A DNA stretch of 64,000 bases from a virus: IMG/VR virus record IMGVR_UViG_3300027835_000143, positions 1 through 64,000 of that record; one strand, given 5' to 3'. The position numbers were made by a program, and so were the translations under genes. Numbering within the stretch: the first letter of the stretch is position 1; each line of letters starts with the position of its first letter. The notes under the pieces are model-generated. The model made no database searches and was not told the DNA's origin. It worked only from the letters and a program-made list of their open reading frames with translations. Positions 1 to 8,174 of this stretch are shown here, piece by piece.

Positions 1-2
1 TG

Positions 3-344
3 ATGGCATACTACTGGATCTTCTGGACGATCGCCGCGTTCATGGCCGTCAGCCTGCTCCACAATCTGACGGCCGCGCTACTGGCGTCCGCGTCCGCGCT
101 GCGCGCCGAAACGGTGCAACGTCAGGTGGAGTTCGCCTACCAGGTCGCCGACAACGTGAAGCGTGACGCCATCATGAATGAACAGAACAGGCTCGTCGCC
201 GAGAGCAGTGCGCTCCAGCACGCGCGCGTCGCGAACGACGAGGCGTACCGCGCGGAGCAGCGGGAGCACTGGAAGGTCTGTGAACGGCGGTACCTCGCCA
301 GGCTAAAGGAGTCGAGCGAGCCGGAACCGCACGGTGTGAACTGA
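3..344 (+). CDS. hypothetical protein with N-terminal transmembrane segment
   Basis: Hydrophobic N-terminus followed by a coiled-coil-like region; + strand like its neighbours. Confidence 0.6.
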   Translation: MAYYWIFWTIAAFMAVSLLHNLTAALLASASALRAETVQRQVEFAYQVADNVKRDAIMNEQNRLVAESSALQHARVANDEAYRAEQREHWKVCERRYLARLKESSEPEPHGVN

Positions 345-362
345 GGGAACCGAGGTGAGACG

Positions 363-491
363 ATGAGCATTGCGACGTTCAAGATCCAGATCGGCGCGAC
401 GGTGACAGACCGCATCAGCGGCTTCCGCGGTGTCGTGACCGCGTACCTAGCCTTAGCCGCGCGGGCCATGGATTTACGGACGCGGACGTGA
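363..491 (+). pseudogene. short or truncated phage protein (42 aa)
   Basis: GAGG RBS then MSIATFKIQIGATVTDRISGFRGVVTAY, resembling the N-terminus of a common small phage protein, ending early. Confidence 0.4.
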
Positions 492-544
492 GGGTGCTCG
501 TCGTCGGCTGAACTAGGGTACGCGTTATCGGGTAGTATTATACA

Positions 545-1030
545 GTGCTTAGAAAACGGCCATGTTCGTTTTGCGGCGAACCGTGCCGGCGAAAGAGGTT
601 CTGCTCGCCAGAATGTTACAACAAGTCTGGTGAGAGAAAGCAAACATGGGCTCGCACATTTGACGGGTCGCTCTCGGACGAAGACATCGAACGGTTCTGG
701 TCGAAAGTCGACAAGGAGTACGGACCAGTCCAACCGCACGTACCGGAACTTGGCCGATGCTGGCCGTGGACTGCCGGCGAGTTCGCCGACGGCTACGGGC
801 TATTCAAGGCGCAGGGCGTCACGATGCGAGCCCACCGCGTCGCTCACGTCATCGCTATCGGGCCGATTCTAGCTAAAATGCTCATCTGTCATAAGTGCGA
901 TTTCACGTTATGTTGCCGCCCAAGTCACTTATTTTCCGGGACTCCTGATGACAATTTAAAGGACGCGGTGCGGAAAGGTCGGCTGCCTCGCGGCGAGAAC
1001 CACTGGCGACGACGAACGGCGGCTGCCTAA
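545..1030 (+). CDS. HNH homing endonuclease
   Basis: RFWSKVDK..CWPWT..GYG..AHRVA..ICHKCD...CCRPSHLFSGTPDDNLKD; N-terminal Cys cluster; lower GC than flanks. Confidence 0.9.
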   Translation: MLRKRPCSFCGEPCRRKRFCSPECYNKSGERKQTWARTFDGSLSDEDIERFWSKVDKEYGPVQPHVPELGRCWPWTAGEFADGYGLFKAQGVTMRAHRVAHVIAIGPILAKMLICHKCDFTLCCRPSHLFSGTPDDNLKDAVRKGRLPRGENHWRRRTAAA

Positions 1031-1881
1031 TGCGTGTGCTGATTATTGGATACGGCAGCATGGGCCGGCGGCACGCGGTGAACGCGGCCGCCCTCGGCCA
1101 TGATGTGCGCGTCAGTGACCGGGACGTCGCGCGGCAGGAAGCGGCGGTCGGCGACGGGTTCGCACACGCGCCGGCCTGGTGGGTGCCGGACGCCGTCGTG
1201 ATCGCGACGCCGGTCGCGACGCATCAGGCGCTCCAGAAGTCGGCGCGTGCGCCGCACGTCCTGATCGAGAAGCCGCTCGCGCTCTCGGAGGCAGACTTCC
1301 TGCAGGGCTACGCGGCCGGCGACTTCGTCAACATCAAAGGCGGCCGCACCTGGGTCGGGCATAATTGGCGGTTCCATCCGGCCGTCGCGACGCTCCGTGA
1401 CGCGCTGGCAGGCGAGACGATGCTGTCGGCGCTGTTCTGCTGCCTCGCCGACATGCGCGCCTGGCCAGGGCAGGGCTACGGCGACGCGCTGCTGGAGTGC
1501 GGGAGCCACGAGGTTGACACGGCGCTGCACCTGCTCGGTCCGGCAGTCCTGCGGTCTGCCGTGCGCGAGGTACGCGTGGACGGCTGGACGCTCGTGCTCA
1601 GGCATGACTCCGGCTGCGAGACGACGGTGGCAGTGCGCGGGGACGTCAGCGCGCCGCAGCGGACCTGCCGCCTCTGGACGTCCCGGGAGACGGTCTGCGG
1701 CTACGATCTGCCGCCGTCGGACCGGCTATCGCAGGAGGCCGTCGAGCGTAGTTATCTGGACGAGATGGCCGCGTTCCTAGCTGCGGCGACCGTGCAGCCT
1801 GTGGACGCGCGGCTCGCGGGGCTGGCGGACGGGATGGCGGTCTTGCGAATCCTCGACGAGGCGCGAAGAGTGGCGGCATGA
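1030..1881 (+). CDS. Gfo/Idh/MocA-family NAD(P)-dependent oxidoreductase
   Basis: IIGYGSMGRRH Rossmann motif, VVIATP, VLIEKPLA, VGHNWRFHP, SHEVD. Confidence 0.9.
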   Translation: MRVLIIGYGSMGRRHAVNAAALGHDVRVSDRDVARQEAAVGDGFAHAPAWWVPDAVVIATPVATHQALQKSARAPHVLIEKPLALSEADFLQGYAAGDFVNIKGGRTWVGHNWRFHPAVATLRDALAGETMLSALFCCLADMRAWPGQGYGDALLECGSHEVDTALHLLGPAVLRSAVREVRVDGWTLVLRHDSGCETTVAVRGDVSAPQRTCRLWTSRETVCGYDLPPSDRLSQEAVERSYLDEMAAFLAAATVQPVDARLAGLADGMAVLRILDEARRVAA

Positions 1882-2228
1882 AGTCAGGAATTCGTCACGC
1901 TCACGTCGCCGCCCGCACCTGCGCGGGGTGCACGCGTGAGGGTGACGTCCGCACGCCTCTCCGGCGCCGAGGCTCCGAGGCGGTCCCGATGCAGGTCCTG
2001 ATGCCGAAGGCCACGTCCCGCTCGCCGCTCGCCAGCCTCCTCGCGGACGCGCGGCGGCAGTTCGAGGAGCGGCTCGGCATCGCCGGAGACGACCGCCTCG
2101 CGCGCGTCCGCCGCCGCCTCCTGCAGCCGCAGCTCGACAGGATGTTCCGCGAGGAGGCCGACCGGATAACCGCCGCCGTGTGCGCGCGCGTCCCGGTCAC
2201 CATCCCGCCGCCGAAGAGGCGGCCCTGA
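1878..2228 (+). CDS. hypothetical protein (start may be 1989)
   Basis: ATGA overlap with the upstream gene; stop abuts terS. Confidence 0.4.
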   Translation: MKSGIRHAHVAARTCAGCTREGDVRTPLRRRGSEAVPMQVLMPKATSRSPLASLLADARRQFEERLGIAGDDRLARVRRRLLQPQLDRMFREEADRITAAVCARVPVTIPPPKRRP

Positions 2229-2992
2229 TGCCGAAGGGGATCCCGCGCAACGGCGAGACGCCGGCCCAGCGCCGGGCGCGGCACGGGAAGACGCTCGTCC
2301 GCAGCGCCTCCGCGCTAAAGAGAAGAGCGGTACGGAAGCGTATTAGGGACCGCGTCAAGGACCGTCAGGAGACGGCGAAGATCCACGGCGGCCCGCGCGG
2401 GCAGGCGCTCGTCCAGGAGGTCACGCAGCAGGTGACACGCGAGAACGAGGCGTTCAAGCTGAAGGTACAGGGGCTGACGTGGGAGCAGATCGGGCAGCGG
2501 CTCGGCGTCTCGCCCATCCAGGCGCGTGACGACGTGTTCAGGGCAGCCGGAGACATCGCCGCAGACACCGCCGAACGCGCGCCGGAACTCCGGGTGATCG
2601 AGGACGCCGGCCTCGACCAGGTCAAGCGGGCGATGATCCCGCTGCTGCACGGCAGCGTGCCGGCACGGACGACGGTGAAGGTGGTCGGGCGCGGGAAGTC
2701 GGCGCGGGTGCTGACGGTGCCGGTGCCGAACGACCCGCTGGACGTCGCGCGGGTGCAGGGGATGGCGGCGCAGCGGCTCGTGAACGTCTCGGCGCGGCGG
2801 AGCGCGCTGCTCGGGCTGGACGCGCCTGTCAAGGTGGCGCCGACGGACCCGAGCGGGACGCGGCGGTATCACGAGCTTGGCGAGGCAGAGCTGGAGCGGC
2901 TGGTCGCGGAGAAGCGGGCGGAACTCGGCGCCCTGCCGCCGGCGAGCGGGAACGGGGGAGGCGGGAATGGGCAGCCTCCGAGGGAGCCATGA
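2228..2992 (+). CDS. terS: putative terminase small subunit (HTH)
   Basis: HTH LKVQGLTWEQIGQRLGVS and C-terminal RRSALLGLDAPVK motif; upstream of terL. Confidence 0.65.
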   Translation: MPKGIPRNGETPAQRRARHGKTLVRSASALKRRAVRKRIRDRVKDRQETAKIHGGPRGQALVQEVTQQVTRENEAFKLKVQGLTWEQIGQRLGVSPIQARDDVFRAAGDIAADTAERAPELRVIEDAGLDQVKRAMIPLLHGSVPARTTVKVVGRGKSARVLTVPVPNDPLDVARVQGMAAQRLVNVSARRSALLGLDAPVKVAPTDPSGTRRYHELGEAELERLVAEKRAELGALPPASGNGGGGNGQPPREP

Positions 2993-3720
2993 ACCCGTTC
3001 GCCATCGAAGGCCCGGCGGTGATTTCGTTTTCTGGAGGCCGCACGAGCGCCTACATGCTGCGTCGCGTCCTCAATGAAGGGCTACGGCCGGACGTGTATG
3101 TGATCTTCGCAGATACGGGCAAGGAGCGCGAGGAAACGTATGCCTTCGTGCGTGAGTGCGCCGAGCGGTGGGACGTCGAGATCGTGACGGTGTTCCGAGC
3201 TGGCCACTTCACGCAGCTCATCACCGATCGGAAGTTTCTCCCGAACCCGGTGACTCGCTTCTGTACCCAGGAGCTAAAGATCCGGCCGATGCGCGACTGG
3301 ATGCGCGCGAAGGGTTACGAGCACTGGACCAACGTCGTTGGCATCAGAGCTGACGAACCACGCCGCGTGGGGAAGATGCGCGAGTCCGCCGAGAAGCGCT
3401 CGGAGCGGTGGGACATCGCATTGCCTCTGGCTGATGCTGGCGTGACGCTCGCGGACGTGAATCACTTCTGGGGCCTTCAGCCGTTCGACCTTCAACTACA
3501 GCCGCACGAAGGGAACTGCGACCTCTGTTTCCTGAAGGGGCTCGGCAAGCGCCGGCAGATCATCAGGGACCGGCCGGATCTTGCGGCATGGTGGATAGAG
3601 CAGGAACAACGGACGGGCGGGACGTTTCGGAACGACACGCCGAGCTACGCCGCGATTGCAGCGCAGCAGGATTTATTTGCTGACACGGACGCGCTGATCG
3701 AATGCTATTGCACCGATTGA
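2989..3720 (+). CDS. PAPS-reductase-family (PP-loop) protein
   Basis: ISFSGGRTSAYM, FADTGKE, RFCTQELK, GIRADE, GNCDLCFLK. Confidence 0.9.
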   Translation: MNPFAIEGPAVISFSGGRTSAYMLRRVLNEGLRPDVYVIFADTGKEREETYAFVRECAERWDVEIVTVFRAGHFTQLITDRKFLPNPVTRFCTQELKIRPMRDWMRAKGYEHWTNVVGIRADEPRRVGKMRESAEKRSERWDIALPLADAGVTLADVNHFWGLQPFDLQLQPHEGNCDLCFLKGLGKRRQIIRDRPDLAAWWIEQEQRTGGTFRNDTPSYAAIAAQQDLFADTDALIECYCTD

Positions 3721-3737
3721 ACCTTTAGAGGCCAGCC

Positions 3738-4001
3738 ATGATCGATCCTGACGCTCTCCAACACGAAAAAGTGCAGGTGAAGGAGACGCGCGTGGGAGAT
3801 CGGAGCCAACGTGAGATGACCAGACGGACAAATTCGGAACGCACCCCGACGGATGGCCGACCGTATTACTGCGATGAATGTGGCTTGGGCTTCGGAGAGT
3901 TCATCGCCTGCGAAGATGGGTGCTGCGGGTTGGAATCGGTCGCAGACGCCGAAGCGCGCCGCGCGAAAGCTAAACGTAAACGCAGAAAGGTTCGCCGATG
4001 A
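3738..4001 (+). CDS. hypothetical Cys-rich protein
   Basis: CDECG..CEDGCC, basic C-terminus. Confidence 0.5.
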   Translation: MIDPDALQHEKVQVKETRVGDRSQREMTRRTNSERTPTDGRPYYCDECGLGFGEFIACEDGCCGLESVADAEARRAKAKRKRRKVRR

Positions 4002-4792
4002 CGCGCGACACAGCCTCTTCTTCCTCTGCTGACGCCCTCCTCACCGGCGCGCGAATCGGCAATTCGTTGCTTGCATTAGTGACGCAGCGCGACAACATCA
4101 AATTAAACGGCGCAGTGTTGGTCGATGGTGAATGGCAGGCTGTTCACAACATCGCGAATGAGACGCTGCTGTATTTGGTGAAAGCCGAAGCCCGCCTCGC
4201 GCAGCTCACCGAGGAGAAGGAGCCAAGCACTGATGCTGGCGTCGATTGCGGCCACGCCTACGCGGACCATTGGCGGAAGCGCGCCGAACAGGCCGAAGCC
4301 GCCCTCACCCGTCTCCGCGTCGAAGAGGAGCAGGTAATCGCTGACATGCGCATCTACGGCAACAGCGGTTGTCACTGCACCAACGTGAGACAGTGGGCGG
4401 ATCGGCTCTCCGCCTTCAATCCTAACGCCGCTGCTGCATCGATCACGCCTCCGATCTATTACATGGGCTGCTGGAACGAGCCTGGCCACTACCTGCACCG
4501 GCCGGACGGCACGATCGTCGCCGTGGCAGGGCCGTTCACGTGTATCGACCTTGACGGCGGCCCGTACATGCCGCCGCCGCCGGACGCGGAGTCGACGCCG
4601 CCGCTGCTGACGCACGACTGCGGCTGGACGGTGCTGTCGATGTGGGACCGGACGGTCGACACGCGGCCGGGGAGCCACGCGACGTTCCTCGCGCCAGGGA
4701 CGTTGGCGAAGCCGGAGATGTGGCGGCTCGCGCGCCGGCACTTCCAGCGCGTCGTCGAGCGGCTGATCGCGCGGCGCGAGGGGCATGCGTGA
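3998..4792 (+). CDS. hypothetical protein (mosaic)
   Basis: 4-nt overlaps at both ends; lower-GC N-terminal half, high-GC C-terminal half. Confidence 0.6.
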   Translation: MTRDTASSSSADALLTGARIGNSLLALVTQRDNIKLNGAVLVDGEWQAVHNIANETLLYLVKAEARLAQLTEEKEPSTDAGVDCGHAYADHWRKRAEQAEAALTRLRVEEEQVIADMRIYGNSGCHCTNVRQWADRLSAFNPNAAAASITPPIYYMGCWNEPGHYLHRPDGTIVAVAGPFTCIDLDGGPYMPPPPDAESTPPLLTHDCGWTVLSMWDRTVDTRPGSHATFLAPGTLAKPEMWRLARRHFQRVVERLIARREGHA

Positions 4793-4989
4793 CCGCCGCG
4801 TCCGCGACGCCACGGCTGCGCCGGCGACGGACGAAGGCAGAATGGCGGCGCCGTCGCGCGGCGCGCGTCCGCCTGCGCGCGGTCCGGCGCCGGCTGCTGC
4901 TGTCCGTCGCGCCGACAGATCTCGGCTCGCGCCACTGCCCGGTGCACGGCTGGCACGCGTTCGGGCCGCGCTGCCCTGAAGGCCACTGA
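4789..4989 (+). CDS. Arg-rich small protein
   Basis: GTG start overlapping the upstream stop; RRRR runs and CPVHG..CPEGH. Confidence 0.4.
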   Translation: MTAASATPRLRRRRTKAEWRRRRAARVRLRAVRRRLLLSVAPTDLGSRHCPVHGWHAFGPRCPEGH

Positions 4990-4992
4990 CAG

Positions 4993-5157
4993 ATGAGACG
5001 GAAGCACGCGCAGACGGAGCGGCGGAGGCGGACGGCGCGGTCGCGCCGGCTGGCGAGGATGCGCCGCCGCCTCAGGGTGGTGCGGGACCGGCTCGGGCGG
5101 CGGCTGCGGGAGGCGGACGTAGTGCTGGTCTTTAAGTCGATGAGGTCACTGTCGTGA
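4993..5157 (+). CDS. Arg-rich small protein (54 aa)
   Basis: MRRKHAQTERRRRTARSRRLARMRRRLR..., fills the gap and overlaps the next start. Confidence 0.4.
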   Translation: MRRKHAQTERRRRTARSRRLARMRRRLRVVRDRLGRRLREADVVLVFKSMRSLS

Positions 5158-5561
5158 CCGACGGGACGGCGGCGTGGATCGCGGAGCAGGTGCGGCTCGC
5201 CGACGTCCGCCTGCGGCTGCAGTCGCAGGCGCCGGCGCCGAGGCAGCACGAATTCGTCCTTGACCTCAGGCCGTCCAGCACTGCGAGCCGCGTCATCCTT
5301 GACGGCAACGACATCTCAGCCGCCCTGCAGGGCGTCGACATCCACGCGGAGGCCGACGACCTGACGCAACTGACGCTCCGGTCATTGGCGCCGTTACGGA
5401 TCCGCGCGCTCCTGCCAGGGTCACAGTGCACCGTCGCCGTCTCGGAATTGACGATGCAGCGCGCGCTCGAGGTGGCGTTCCGCTCCACTGGCGTCGTGCG
5501 CTCGCTGCCGGACGTCAAAAGCCTCGCGCGGAATCTGCTGAAGGCGCTCGGCCAGCCGTGA
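5154..5561 (+). CDS. hypothetical protein
   Basis: Coupled ORF with globular composition. Confidence 0.55.
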   Translation: MTDGTAAWIAEQVRLADVRLRLQSQAPAPRQHEFVLDLRPSSTASRVILDGNDISAALQGVDIHAEADDLTQLTLRSLAPLRIRALLPGSQCTVAVSELTMQRALEVAFRSTGVVRSLPDVKSLARNLLKALGQP

Positions 5562-5962
5562 AGCGGCACTCGGCGCGCCAGGACGTCGTCATGCCGTGCC
5601 CGTGCTGCGGACGCGACTGGCCGCACCGGCGCTTCCCGTCTCTGGAGTCGGACGCTGAAATCGACTGGACATGCGCCGTCTGCCTCCACGCGGAAGTCGC
5701 GGCACTGCGCCGCGCCAGCGCCGCGCTGGAGGCGGCGATCCGGCGGCACCGGAACGAACGCGGGGACGACCGTTGCTGGCGCGACGACGAGGTGCTCTAT
5801 GCTGCCTTGCCGGATGGCCACATGCCGCAGGAGTACGAGGTCGCGGTCGAGATCGAGAACTGCCTCCGGTACATCGCCTGCCGGCGGAACCCGGCGACGG
5901 TCTACGTCTCGCCGCAGCGCGAGATCGAGCGCCTGCGCGCCATCATACAATCGAAGTCGTGA
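5558..5962 (+). CDS. hypothetical protein
   Basis: GTG start; CPCC..CAVC; AIRRHRNERGDDRCWRDD. Confidence 0.55.
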   Translation: MKRHSARQDVVMPCPCCGRDWPHRRFPSLESDAEIDWTCAVCLHAEVAALRRASAALEAAIRRHRNERGDDRCWRDDEVLYAALPDGHMPQEYEVAVEIENCLRYIACRRNPATVYVSPQREIERLRAIIQSKS

Positions 5963-6115
5963 CGACGGCTATACTCCTCGCCTGGCTGCCAGTGGCCTAC
6001 GGCGCCGCGCTCGCCGGCGCGGCGTGCGTTCAACGGCGTCGCCGGCGTGTCGACGCCGTACGCGAACGGCTGACGCGGTCCGCCGGCCGGCGATTCCCCC
6101 CGAACCGGATAGTTC

Positions 6116-7816
6116 GTGGCTGACCAGCCGTCCAGGAAGGAACAACTCCTCGCCCAGCTCGCATCGCTAGACGGCGCGCTGCGCGAGAAGGCCGAGACGC
6201 ACCTGCACGAGTTCGTCCGCCAGTCGTGGAAGGTCGTCGAACCGAAGCGGCCGTTCCAGGACTCGTGGCACATCGGGGCGATCTGCGAGCACCTCGAGGC
6301 TGTCGTCGCCGGCCAGATCGCGAACCTCGGGATCAACGTCCCGCCATCGACCGGCAAGTCGACGATCGTCTCGGTGCAGTTCCCCGCCTGGCTCTGGCTC
6401 CCGCGGCCGGCCCGCAAGGGCGCGCCGGCGAACCCGCTGCTCGGGCCGGGGACGCGCGTCATGGGCGCGTCCTACGACCTGACGCAGTCCGGCGACGCGC
6501 AGACGAAGATGCGGGACCTGGTCATGAGCGACTGGTACCGGGAGCGGTGGGACGTCGCGCTCAGGGAGGACCGCCAGTCGCTCATGCACTACTGGACGGT
6601 GGCCGGCGGGTGGCGGATGGGCGTCGCGGTCAGCGCGCCGCGCATGGGCCAGCACCCGCACCTGAAGATCGTCGACGACCCGCACAACCCGCGCAAGCAG
6701 CTCCTCTCGGACACGGACATCAAGGACGCGCAGCAGTGGTACGACCTGTTCAAGATCCGCGGCGCGATGTTCCCGGCGCCGACCGTCCTCATCATGCAAC
6801 GGCTGCACGAACGCGACCTCTGCGGCCACCTCCGCGCGACGGAGGCTGACTGGACGTGGCTCGTCCTGCCGATGCGGTGGGAGCCGAAGCGGATGGTGCA
6901 GGTGCCGACGGGGTGGGTGGATCCGCGGGAGGGGCAGCCGGGCGCGCTGCTCTGGCCGGAGGCGTGGCCGGCGGACCGGGTGACGAAGACGTACCCGCCC
7001 GGATCCTGGATCGAGGCGAGCCAGGCGCAGCAGCGGCCGGCGCCGGCCGGCGGCCTGATGTTCAAGCGGACGCAGTTCCCGGTCGTCCACGTCCTGCCGT
7101 CCGACGTCGTCGCGGAGGTGCGGTCGTGGGACGTCGCCGGGACGGACGTCGCGGAGAAGACGCCGCAGTCCGCACGCACGGCCGGCGTGCGGATGCTCGC
7201 GACGGCGTCCGGCAAGTACATCGTCCGCGACGTGCGGAAGGGGTGGTGGGGTGCGGCGGAGGTCGACGCTGAGATGCTGCAGACGGCGCAGCTCGACGGG
7301 CGCGAGGTGCCGGTCTGGGAAGAGCGCGAGGGCGGGAGCAGCGGCAAGGCGGTCATCGCGGCCCGGCGGCGCCTGCTTGTCGGATACGGCTACAATGAGT
7401 ACCGGCTCGCCGGCAAGGGAAGCAAGGTGCAGCGCGCGATCCCGCTCCAGTCGCAGGCGCAGGGCGGCAACTGCGCCATCTACGTCCCGCTGCTGCCGGA
7501 CGGGACGCCGCACCCGGCGGCGCAGCAGATGGCGCAGGAGTTCCTGGACGAGATCGAGCTGTTTCCGGCCGGGACGCTGAAGGACCAGGTGGACGCGGCG
7601 ACGCAGGCGTTCAACGTGCTGACGGCCGGCGGCGCGCAGCAGGACCTCGACCTCTCGACCGGCGGGCCGGGAGACGCGGCGCAGGAGACGGAGGAGCAGC
7701 GTGCGGCGCGCGAACTGGAACGGACGGCGGAGGCGGAGCGCGTCGTGCTGGACGAGATCCGGCGCAACGGCGTCTACTGGCCTGGCGGCGGCGGCGGATA
7801 CTTCAACGACAGGTGA
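6116..7816 (+). CDS. terL: terminase large subunit
   Basis: INVPPSTGKS Walker A, IVDDPHN Walker B, IMQRLHERDL, nuclease SWDVAG and FPAGTLKDQVDA. Confidence 0.95.
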   Translation: MADQPSRKEQLLAQLASLDGALREKAETHLHEFVRQSWKVVEPKRPFQDSWHIGAICEHLEAVVAGQIANLGINVPPSTGKSTIVSVQFPAWLWLPRPARKGAPANPLLGPGTRVMGASYDLTQSGDAQTKMRDLVMSDWYRERWDVALREDRQSLMHYWTVAGGWRMGVAVSAPRMGQHPHLKIVDDPHNPRKQLLSDTDIKDAQQWYDLFKIRGAMFPAPTVLIMQRLHERDLCGHLRATEADWTWLVLPMRWEPKRMVQVPTGWVDPREGQPGALLWPEAWPADRVTKTYPPGSWIEASQAQQRPAPAGGLMFKRTQFPVVHVLPSDVVAEVRSWDVAGTDVAEKTPQSARTAGVRMLATASGKYIVRDVRKGWWGAAEVDAEMLQTAQLDGREVPVWEEREGGSSGKAVIAARRRLLVGYGYNEYRLAGKGSKVQRAIPLQSQAQGGNCAIYVPLLPDGTPHPAAQQMAQEFLDEIELFPAGTLKDQVDAATQAFNVLTAGGAQQDLDLSTGGPGDAAQETEEQRAARELERTAEAERVVLDEIRRNGVYWPGGGGGYFNDR

Positions 7817-7822
7817 GGACCC

Positions 7823-8110
7823 ATGGGACCACACTCGCGAGAAGCCAGTTCATTCGAGACGCAGCCGCCGGATCCGACGCTGGTCGACCGCGTACGGCTC
7901 AGGCTCGCCGGCTTCACGCGCGAGACGGCGCTCGTCGGCCAGCGCGTGTGCTGGTCTGGGCCTGGTTGGGCGCTGGAAGGTACGGTGAGGGACGTTAGCG
8001 AGCGGACCTTCGAGGTCGACTTCGCCTTCGGCGGCTGGAAGCGTTTCGCCTGGGGCACCGCTCCCAACGAGACGACCACGGCCGTCCTCCAGCAGCTCGG
8101 CGTATACTAG
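7823..8110 (+). CDS. hypothetical protein
   Basis: GAGG RBS; between terL and portal. Confidence 0.5.
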   Translation: MGPHSREASSFETQPPDPTLVDRVRLRLAGFTRETALVGQRVCWSGPGWALEGTVRDVSERTFEVDFAFGGWKRFAWGTAPNETTTAVLQQLGVY

Positions 8111-8174
8111 CGGCGTCCCGCACGAGCCCAGCGCGCGACAACAGAGCAGCCCTGCTGCTGGAGGCGAAGAACCG

